64,000 nt of DNA from Candidatus Zhuqueibacterota bacterium (lineage in GTDB: Bacteria > Zhuqueibacterota > Zhuqueibacteria > Oleimicrobiales > Geothermoviventaceae): the NCBI GenBank assembly GCA_034506315.1, contig JAPDPT010000003.1, forward strand, positions 10,878 to 74,877, read 5' to 3'. Made by a program: the position numbers and the translations under genes. Positions 56,931 through 64,000 of the stretch are shown here, one piece after another. The notes under the pieces are model-generated. The model was not told the origin of the DNA, searched no databases, and saw only the letters and a list, made by a program, of their open reading frames with translations. Position 1 is the first letter of the stretch. Each line of letters begins with the position of its first letter.

Positions 56931-57031
56931 GTTTGACCTCGCCTTTGGGGGCTCGTTTCGGTCTCTCCGCCGACTCCTTCCTCTCGGATGAGCACCTGAC
57001 CTCCTGATCGCTCCTGTGCAAGACGGGCCGG

Positions 57032-57847
57032 TCAGTAGCTTTCCTGATCGGAGGGGAAGCTCCCCTGTCGTACATCCTCCACGTAGCGGCGACAGCTCTC
57101 GCGGATGACGGAGGCAAGCTCGGCGTAGCGCCGCACGAACTTCGGGCGGAACTTCTCGAACAGACCGAGCATGTCGTAGGTCACGAGAATTTGCCCGTCG
57201 CAGTGGGGACCGGCACCGATGCCGATCGTCGGGATGCGCACCTTCTCGGTGATGGTGCGGGCGACGGAGGACGGGATCTTCTCAAGCACGATGGCGAAAG
57301 CACCGGCCGCCTCCAGAGCGAGGGCATCGGCCAAGAGGGCCTCGCTTTCCTCCCCCGACCTTCCCCGCACACGATAGCCGCCAAAATGGTGGATCGACTG
57401 GGGGGTGAGTCCGAGGTGGCCCATGACCGGGATACCAGCGTCCACGAGCCGCCGCACGGTTTCGCAAATGGGTCGCCCGCCCTCCAGCTTGACGGCCTCC
57501 GCGCCGCCCTCTTTCATCAAACGGCCTGCATTCCGCAACGCCTCTTCTGGACTGACCTGATAACTGAGGAAAGGCATATCGGCCACCAGAAGAGCCCTCC
57601 GCACCCCACGTCGTACGGCTTGCGTATGGTACAGAATCTGTTCAAGCGTCACGGCCAGAGTGGTCTCGTGCCCCTGGATGACCATCCCGAGGGAGTCCCC
57701 CACCAGCACGACGTCGATCCCCGATGTGTCGAGGAGCTCGGCGAAAACGGCGTCATAAGCCGTAAGGGCGGCGATCTTGGGCCCCTGTCGCTTCCGCTCG
57801 ATGAGGCCCGGCACGGTCACCTTGGTCTCTGGCATCGTCGCACCCAA
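57032..57847 (-). CDS. panB: 3-methyl-2-oxobutanoate hydroxymethyltransferase
   Basis: [30 protein letters not shown]...VADMPFLSY. Confidence 0.9.
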   Translation of the reverse strand: MGATMPETKVTVPGLIERKRQGPKIAALTAYDAVFAELLDTSGIDVVLVGDSLGMVIQGHETTLAVTLEQILYHTQAVRRGVRRALLVADMPFLSYQVSPEEALRNAGRLMKEGGAEAVKLEGGRPICETVRRLVDAGIPVMGHLGLTPQSIHHFGGYRVRGRSGEESEALLADALALEAAGAFAIVLEKIPSSVARTITEKVRIPTIGIGAGPHCDGQILVTYDMLGLFEKFRPKFVRRYAELASVIRESCRRYVEDVRQGSFPSDQESY

Positions 57848-57933
57848 TGTCGATGCTCTACCTGTCTCGAACCTTCCCTTGCGGGGGAGATCGGCCCCCG
57901 GCTGTCGGCCTTATCTTCAGGGGTCGGTGGGGG

Positions 57934-59049
57934 TCAGGTCGGCAGTCGGCGAGCGATGACACCGCCCCCGACCACCGCGTCTCCCTCGTAGAAGACGACC
58001 GATTGCCCGGGCGTAACCGCAGCCTGAGGCTCTTCGAATTCGACTTGGACGCCACCGTCGTCACCGGGGAAGATCGTGGCCCAGGACCCGCGATCCCGAT
58101 AGCGGGTCTTTACCCAGACCCGCATGGGCTCCTCGAGGGCAGGGATAGAGATCCAGTTCAGCCGGTCGGCCACCAGACCTCGGCTCAACAGGGCTTCGCG
58201 GCCACCCACCACCACCCGGTTTTCCTCGGGCCGAATGTCAACGACGTAGGCAGGCTTGCCGAGAGAGACGCCGAGGCCCCGTCGCTGGCCGATGGTGAAG
58301 TTCACATACCCCTGGTGTCGGCCGATCACGTTGCCGGCCAGATCCACGATTTCCCCCTCTGCCATCGCTCGGGAACCGAAGCGCTCGCGGAGGTAGCGCC
58401 GGTAGTCGTTATCCGGTACGAAGCAAATCTCCTGGCTATCGGCCTTGTTGGCGGTGCGCAAACCCAGTCTGCCCGCAAGTTCCCGCACCTGCCCCTTGCT
58501 GAGTTCACCCAGGGGGAGGAGGGTGTACTGAAGTTGCTCCTGCCGCAGAGCCCAGAGGGCGTAGGACTGATCCTTGGAAGGGTCGCGGGCACGTAGGAGC
58601 AGGTAGCGTCTTCGGTCCGCATCGTAGAGGATGCGGGCGTAATGGCCTGTGGCAAAATACTGTGCCCCGAGGGAGAGGGCCTTGCGCAGGAGGACCCGCC
58701 ACTTGACCTCAGAGTTGCACAGGACGCAGGGATTGGGGGTTCGGCCGTGCAGGTATTCCTCCTCGAAGCTGCGGACCACACGCGCCTCGAATTCGGCGCG
58801 GGCATCCACCACGTAATGAGGAATGCCCAATTGCTCCGCGACCGCCCGAGCGTCCCAGATGTCGTCCACGGAGCAGCAGGTGGATTCATGGCGCACATTC
58901 CCCCCCATCCGGTCGTAGTCCCAGAGCTTCAGGGTGAGGCCCACGACACGGTAACCTCGCTCCACGAGCAGAGCGGCAGCCACAGAGCTATCGACGCCGC
59001 CACTCATGGCCACGGCGATGAGGGGTCGGTCACGATTCTCCCGAAACAT
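57934..59049 (-). CDS. mnmA: tRNA-specific 2-thiouridylase
   Basis: PP-loop AVAMSGGVDSSVAA; catalytic Cys pairs. Start set at an internal ATG; overlaps iscU by 20 nt. Confidence 0.85.
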   Translation of the reverse strand: MFRENRDRPLIAVAMSGGVDSSVAAALLVERGYRVVGLTLKLWDYDRMGGNVRHESTCCSVDDIWDARAVAEQLGIPHYVVDARAEFEARVVRSFEEEYLHGRTPNPCVLCNSEVKWRVLLRKALSLGAQYFATGHYARILYDADRRRYLLLRARDPSKDQSYALWALRQEQLQYTLLPLGELSKGQVRELAGRLGLRTANKADSQEICFVPDNDYRRYLRERFGSRAMAEGEIVDLAGNVIGRHQGYVNFTIGQRRGLGVSLGKPAYVVDIRPEENRVVVGGREALLSRGLVADRLNWISIPALEEPMRVWVKTRYRDRGSWATIFPGDDGGVQVEFEEPQAAVTPGQSVVFYEGDAVVGGGVIARRLPT

Positions 59050-59491
59050 GCTCCGTTGACCCACAGTGATCCTCGGTTCGGCCGAGACATTCCTCCAGGC
59101 TCTTCCCTTGGCGTCGGCAATAATCCTCGATCGCTGCGCGCAGGGCATCGGCGGCCAAGTTCGAGCAGTGCATCTTCTGGGGAGGCAACCCGCCCAAAGC
59201 TTCGGCCACGGCCCTGTTGGAGATGCTCAGTGCCTCGCGAAGGGACTTTCCCTTCACCATCTCGGTGACCATGCTGCTTGTGGCGATGGCGGCTCCGCAG
59301 CCGAAGGTTCGGAACCTCGCCTCAACGATGCGATCGCCCTCCACGCGGATGAAGAACTGCATGACATCCCCGCACACCGGGTTGCCGACCTTACCCACCC
59401 CGTCCGCGTCTTCCAAAGTGCCCACATTGCGCGGATTTAGGAAGTGGTCAAGGACTTTCTCGTTGTAGTCAAAATGGGCCCCGCTTCCCAA
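59030..59491 (-). CDS. iscU: Fe-S cluster assembly scaffold, IscU/NifU-like
   Basis: NPRN, GNPVCGD and FGCG motifs with the three conserved Cys. Confidence 0.85.
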   Translation of the reverse strand: MGSGAHFDYNEKVLDHFLNPRNVGTLEDADGVGKVGNPVCGDVMQFFIRVEGDRIVEARFRTFGCGAAIATSSMVTEMVKGKSLREALSISNRAVAEALGGLPPQKMHCSNLAADALRAAIEDYCRRQGKSLEECLGRTEDHCGSTEHVSGES

Positions 59492-59539
59492 AGGATCCGA
59501 CCTCCTTGCCGCTCGGCTTCCCGCCGACTCTCACCACCA

Positions 59540-60697
59540 TCATACCTCCAGAGCGGACATCTGGCGAAGGCGCGCGACGATCTCAGGCAGGACCTCCACG
59601 GTGTAATCGACGTCCTCCTCTGTGTTCGAGCGGCCCAGGGAGAAACGCACCGCCGATTGGGCCAGTTCCGGCGGGACTCCCATGGCCTCCAGCACATGGG
59701 ACGGCAGGAGCGAACCGGAAGTGCACGCCGATCCGCTCGAGGCTGCGACCCCTTTCAGGTCAAGGCTGAGGAGGATGGATTCTCCTTCCGCACCCTCAAA
59801 CGACACGTTGAGGGTCCCCGGAAGCCTCTCGGTAGGATGGCCGTTCAGATGAACGCGTTCGATCCGGCGCCGGATTCCTTCCCATAGCCGATCGCGGAGG
59901 CGTGTAAGGCGATCCGCCTCTGCCTCGCGTTCAGCCAGGGCCAGCTGCACCGCCCGGGCAAACCCCACGATCCCCGCCACATTCTCCGTCCCAGCTCGGC
60001 GCTTCCGTTCGTGCTCGCCGCCGTGGAGAAGGGGGGTGAAACGAATCCCGCGGCGCACGAACAGCGCGCCTACACCTTTAGGCCCGTAGATCTTGTGGGC
60101 AGAGAAGCTGGCCAGGTCCACGTTCATCTCCCGGACATCGAACGGAATCTTGCAGAAGCTCTGCACGGCATCGGTGTGAAATAGCACACCCCGCTCTCGG
60201 CAGATCGCACCAATCCGCGCAATGGGATTGATGGTCCCCACCTCATTATTGGCGTGCATGACCGACACGAGAATAGTGTCGTCCTGGATCGCCTCGGCCA
60301 CACGCTCCGGTAGAACCATTCCCGTGCGGTCAACTGGCACATAAGTGACGCGGAAGCCCTGTTTCTCGAGAAACTTGCAGGTTTCGAGGACCGCCTTGTG
60401 TTCCACGCGCGAGGTAACAATGTGTCGCCCCTTGTCGGCCAAGGCCAGAGCAATCCCCTTGATCGCCGTGTTGTCTGCCTCCGTCCCACTGCCGGTGAAA
60501 ATCACCTCCGAAGGCTCAGCATTGATGGCCTTGGCCACGATCTCACGCGAGTCCTCGAGAGCACGACGGGCCTCGCGGCCAAAACCGTGAACGCTGGAGG
60601 CATTTCCAAACCGCTCGGCGAAATACGGGAGCATGGCTTCGAGGACTTCTTGCCTCACCGGTGTTGTGGCATTGTGGTCCAAGTAAACGCGGCGCAT
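59540..60697 (-). CDS. iscS: cysteine desulfurase, NifS/IscS family
   Basis: YLDHNATTP and SAHKIYGPKGVGALFV (PLP Lys) plus the C-terminal SSGSACTSG active-site Cys loop. Confidence 0.85.
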   Translation of the reverse strand: MRRVYLDHNATTPVRQEVLEAMLPYFAERFGNASSVHGFGREARRALEDSREIVAKAINAEPSEVIFTGSGTEADNTAIKGIALALADKGRHIVTSRVEHKAVLETCKFLEKQGFRVTYVPVDRTGMVLPERVAEAIQDDTILVSVMHANNEVGTINPIARIGAICRERGVLFHTDAVQSFCKIPFDVREMNVDLASFSAHKIYGPKGVGALFVRRGIRFTPLLHGGEHERKRRAGTENVAGIVGFARAVQLALAEREAEADRLTRLRDRLWEGIRRRIERVHLNGHPTERLPGTLNVSFEGAEGESILLSLDLKGVAASSGSACTSGSLLPSHVLEAMGVPPELAQSAVRFSLGRSNTEEDVDYTVEVLPEIVARLRQMSALEV

Positions 60698-60886
60698 TCG
60701 TCTATCCCTCCCTCGCTCCCACTCGTCGACGCTCGTCCCCCGCCGCGACAATGTTCCCGCTGCTTTTTCCGATCCAATTTAGCCAACCGGTCAGAACAAA
60801 ACAAGGGTGCGAGCTACCCCAGGCGTTGGACAGGCTGGACAGGTGTGGAAGCGAGGACTTGCTCTTCCCAGAGGCCCGACGGCCCG

Positions 60887-62296
60887 TCATTGGGCCAGGA
60901 TTCGGCCCAGGCAGAACCTCCGAGCATCGAAGCCCCCCTCTTTCGGCAGATACTCTCCCCAGTCCGTGCGTGTGTACACCGCAGGCTTGTGGCGGCCCGT
61001 AGCGAGATCCCTCAGGGCGTTGGCAAGATACTCGATCTCCTCGAGGGTGTTGTAGAGGCCGAGGCTTGCCCGCACGGCCCCAGGGACCGAGCTGCGTTCG
61101 CCCGAACTCGGAGCGAGAGGCTGAGGTTCCTGGGATAGCCCCAGTATGGCTCTCAAGTAAGGCTGGGCGCAGAAGCAGCCATTACGTACCCCGATGGCGA
61201 ACTCGTAGCTGAGCACAGCTGCCAGATGACCGTGCTCCCAGCCGGGGAGGTTGAACGCGAACACTCCCAGTCGCTCTGGCCCCGTTTCCTGGACCGGTGG
61301 GCCGTAGAGCTGGATCCCAGGCACGCTGATCAGGGTCTTCCAGGCCGCGCGGGTTAGCTCGCGCTCGAATTGCTCGACGGCGTCCATTCCCGTCGTCCGG
61401 AACCAGTCGATGGCGGCTGCCAGGGCCAACACGCCCACCACGTTGGGCGATCCAGCCTCCTCGCTCTCGGGGGCATTCGCATAGATCACCGCGCTTGGTG
61501 TCACGACCCGAACCGTCCCTCCGCCCACCTCCCAGGGCTCGTCGGCTGTCAAAAGATCCCGGCGGGCAATGAGGGCCCCCGAGCCAAACGGTGCGTACAT
61601 TTTATGGGCGGAAAAGGCGAGGAAGTCAATGGCGCTGTCCCCGTCTCCGTCGCCGACCATTCGGATCCGGCGGTGCGGCGCCAGCTGAGCGGCGTCCACA
61701 AAGACGTGAGCACCGTAGCGGTGGGCGATGCGAGCAATGTCGTGGATCGGGGTGACGACACCGGTGACGTTGGAAGCCCCAGTCACCGCTACCAGCTTTA
61801 TTCGCCCGCCCTGGTTGCGGAGCTGGTCTTCCAGGTAGTCGAACTGGGGACATCCCCAGGCGTCGAGCGGGAGACGCAGAAGTTGACCGCAGCGCCGCCA
61901 AGGCAGGTCGTTCGAATGGTGTTCCATAAGGGTGGTGAGCACTGCGGCTTCGCCGTAGACCTTGCGCAGATGCCAGGCCAGCTTGTTGATCGCTTCCGTG
62001 GTGTTCCCGACGAAGATCACCACGTACCTGTCCGGGTCGGCACCCACGAACTCGAGGACCTTTGTCCTGGCCTCCTCGTAGAGCCAGGTGGAAAGCTTGG
62101 ACTTGAATCCGCTTCCCCGGTGGACGCTGGCGTACCAGGGTAGAAAACGATGGACGGCGTCCACAACAGACTTGAGGGGTGGGGTGGAGGCCGCATTGTC
62201 CAAGTTTACGTACGGGCGTTCTCTACCCCCGAGGACGGGGACGACGGTGTCGACGCCAAGAATCTGGTCTCTCCAGGGACTGTGTCGAATGTCCAT
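60887..62296 (-). CDS. class-V aminotransferase-fold PLP enzyme, SufS/CsdA-like cysteine desulfurase
   Basis: YVNLDNAASTPP, EHHSNDLPW (compare SufS HHANIVPW) and FSAHKMYAPFGSGAL. Confidence 0.7.
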   Translation of the reverse strand: MDIRHSPWRDQILGVDTVVPVLGGRERPYVNLDNAASTPPLKSVVDAVHRFLPWYASVHRGSGFKSKLSTWLYEEARTKVLEFVGADPDRYVVIFVGNTTEAINKLAWHLRKVYGEAAVLTTLMEHHSNDLPWRRCGQLLRLPLDAWGCPQFDYLEDQLRNQGGRIKLVAVTGASNVTGVVTPIHDIARIAHRYGAHVFVDAAQLAPHRRIRMVGDGDGDSAIDFLAFSAHKMYAPFGSGALIARRDLLTADEPWEVGGGTVRVVTPSAVIYANAPESEEAGSPNVVGVLALAAAIDWFRTTGMDAVEQFERELTRAAWKTLISVPGIQLYGPPVQETGPERLGVFAFNLPGWEHGHLAAVLSYEFAIGVRNGCFCAQPYLRAILGLSQEPQPLAPSSGERSSVPGAVRASLGLYNTLEEIEYLANALRDLATGRHKPAVYTRTDWGEYLPKEGGFDARRFCLGRILAQ

Positions 62297-62512
62297 GCGA
62301 AAACTCCCAACTTCAGAACGAAGGGCCTTCGGAATCCACAAAAAAGGGCCCACGTCCCCTCCGGACGCAGGCCCTCACGATGTGTCCTGCACGCCGATAG
62401 TCTTGTCGAGTCTTAGAGCAGCAGGCGATACCTCCCTACGGTTCGAGGTGCTCCAGCACGCTTCCCCTTCACGAGCCCTTACACGCTGCAGCTGACATCG
62501 TCGACGCCGGAC

Positions 62513-63451
62513 TTATAGTGCGGCGTTCAAGCCGAACCGGTTTACGGTGCCCAGCTGTCCAAACGACGAAAGTGCGTAGTCAAGGCGATACCCTCGCCAC
62601 AGGAATCCCACGCCGACGGATACCCCTGCGAACTGATCCGCATCCATTCCCAGTTTCATTTGCCGAGCGAGCGAGCAATATCCCCAGCGCAGGAACAGGT
62701 GCGGCGTGAGGGTGAATTCGCCACCGATGGCGAACTGGTAGTCGTCATCTGGGTACTTGAAAAGTTCCACGGCGTAGAGGAGAGGCAAGTGCGCAAGTCT
62801 CTTGGACCAGCCGATCCGGTAACAGAGAGGGAGTTTATCCTTCGCCGCAAGAAATGGGGAGAGCACCTTGCCCACGTTTTGCACGGCAAATCCCACGTCC
62901 AGGTCGGGCACCGGGGTATGAAAAAGCAATCCGAAATCGGCGAGGAATGCCTGACTGCTGTACACGTCGATGTAGCTGTGCACGTACTTCAGCGTCACAC
63001 CGCCCAGGAGATTTCGGAGCAAGGGACGGGCGACCGTCTCGGAAACGACAATGGTTCCGGCGCCGAAAGTCCTCCCGGTACGCAATCCTGAGGCGTCGGT
63101 TTCCTGGAACTTGCCATAGGTCATGAAAGCCGCGCTGAACTCGCCTCGGCCGATGATCCCGAGATGATGGGAGAAAGCCACGCAGCCGGTCGCAAAGTCG
63201 AGCAGGTAATCCGCAAAGCTTGCGTGCAGCGTGCGTTCGGCGACGTCGTAGCTACCTGCAGGGTTAAAGCCTACGCCGGTGGGGTCTCCTGAGACCGCTA
63301 CAAAGGCCCCACCCATTGCCGCTGGTCGCGGTGCCCAAGGGGTTCGCAGGAACGCAAAGCCTACGGTTCCCCGCGAGCTGCCGGCAATAGCCTGCCCCAC
63401 GCTCACCGAAAGAATCAGGCCTCGGGCGAGGTACGAACACAGTCTGCGCAT
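62513..63451 (-). CDS. third PorV/PorQ-family outer-membrane protein paralog
   Basis: Signal peptide, then FLRTPWAPRPAAMGGAFVAVSGDPTGVGFNPAG, the same signature as the 27882 gene; C-terminal aromatic residue. Confidence 0.6.
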   Translation of the reverse strand: MRRLCSYLARGLILSVSVGQAIAGSSRGTVGFAFLRTPWAPRPAAMGGAFVAVSGDPTGVGFNPAGSYDVAERTLHASFADYLLDFATGCVAFSHHLGIIGRGEFSAAFMTYGKFQETDASGLRTGRTFGAGTIVVSETVARPLLRNLLGGVTLKYVHSYIDVYSSQAFLADFGLLFHTPVPDLDVGFAVQNVGKVLSPFLAAKDKLPLCYRIGWSKRLAHLPLLYAVELFKYPDDDYQFAIGGEFTLTPHLFLRWGYCSLARQMKLGMDADQFAGVSVGVGFLWRGYRLDYALSSFGQLGTVNRFGLNAAL

Positions 63452-63519
63452 CCCACTGGCCTCAGCTGACGAGAAACAAGAAAACGGACCCGGCTTCTTC
63501 GCCGCAGTCCGTCTGACCA

Positions 63520-63593
63520 GAGCCAGCTGTCGGACTCGAACCGACGACCTGCTCATTACGAGTGAGCCGCTCTACCAACTGAGCTAAGCTGGC
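63520..63593 (-). tRNA. tRNA-Thr (anticodon CGT)
   Basis: The reverse complement reads GCCAGCTTAGCTCAGTTGGTAGAGCGGCTCACTCGTAATGAGCAGGTCGTCGGTTCGAGTCCGACAGCTGGCT. It has a 7-bp acceptor stem, GTTCGAGTCC T-arm, anticodon loop CTCGTAA, and no encoded CCA. Coordinates are +/-1. Confidence 0.85.
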
Positions 63594-63818
63594 ACTTCGG
63601 CTTTTGGTTTTCACGTTCAAATTTAGTCAAGTGGCCTTTCCGTCGCAAGTGGAAAAATGGGTCCACCCTTCCCTTCCAGACTGTGACCACGCGGCAAGCC
63701 CAAACGCCTTGTTTTGTTCCTGTTTTGCCGTATATTGAGCCACGTTCCGTCGAGAGAGGTGTGCTACGCAGGGAGCGGTTTTCCGCGTGCCCCATCGGGC
63801 ATCAGGAGGTGAGGCGCG

Positions 63819-64000
63819 GTGGCCGAGGGCGGATGGTTGAAGTTTCTGGGCACCGCGGGGGCCCGTTTCGTAGTGATGAAGCAACTCCGCGCGTCCGGTG
63901 GACTGTGGGTGGAGATGAACGGCCTCCAGTTTCTGATCGACCCGGGACCCGGTACGCTGGTCAGGGCCGCGGCCAGTCGGCCGGCCCTCGACGCGAGCCG
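63819..64000 (+). CDS. MBL-fold metallo-hydrolase, 5' part only (runs off the window)
   Basis: AGGAGG then a GTG 9 nt downstream. The translation KFLGTAGARFVVMKQLRASGGLWVEMNGLQFLIDPGPG is a typical beta-lactamase-fold N-terminus. Start is +/-1. Confidence 0.45.
   Translation, partial: MAEGGWLKFLGTAGARFVVMKQLRASGGLWVEMNGLQFLIDPGPGTLVRAAASRPALDAS

Noticed and set aside
63520-63818. tRNA-Thr as a genomic-island integration site
   Set aside because: No integrase, direct repeat of the tRNA 3' end, or compositional shift within the window. The adjacent AT-rich 220-nt spacer looks like an ordinary promoter region, though the window ends 400 nt later.
1-64000. CRISPR arrays, transposases, integrases, prophage or insertion-sequence elements
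   Set aside because: No short regularly spaced direct repeats and no transposase- or integrase-like translations in any frame. The only long direct repeats are in-frame protein modules (32180-36860).

Overview
This is a high-GC (~62%) bacterial chromosomal window with about 46 protein-coding genes, one tRNA-Thr(CGT) and no rRNA, CRISPR array or mobile element. Genes are called from motifs read directly in the six-frame translations. From start to end the window holds: (1) a GH38 alpha-mannosidase with a XylA-like isomerase, a SurA/PpiC-type PPIase, a transglutaminase-like protein and an orphan gcvPB; (2) a dense two-component island at 10.1-22.3 kb with a REC-GGDEF regulator, four histidine kinases, a CheY-like RR, a sigma-54 NtrC-type RR, a LytTR RR and a convergent 1049-aa propeller/Y_Y_Y/LytS-type sensor kinase; (3) a 20-kb locus at 22.7-42.6 kb in which two SusC-like TonB-dependent receptors are each followed by T9SS C-terminal-domain (CTD) cargo proteins rather than a SusD, together with two tandem PorV/PorQ-family outer-membrane paralogs, a 1670-aa protein built from four ~1.2-kb tandem repeats of an unrecognised ~410-aa module that also exists as a single-copy paralog, a truncated stand-alone receiver and a beta-helix cargo protein; (4) cysK-cysE preceded by a ~670-nt GC-rich leader that contains a 41-aa Cys-rich mini-ORF plus mutually exclusive antiterminator/terminator hairpins, a candidate cysteine-sensing attenuator; (5) a second sigma-54 activator whose downstream neighbour has a near-consensus -24/-12 promoter, followed by a zf-HC2 anti-sigma-like protein; (6) housekeeping genes (Gfo/Idh/MocA oxidoreductase, mtnA, kdtA, panBC, mnmA-iscU-nifS-sufS-like) and a third PorV/PorQ-like gene next to the tRNA. 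The strongest candidates for something undescribed are the SusD-less receptor/T9SS-cargo/PorV locus with its repeat-module proteins, and the Cys-leader attenuator.
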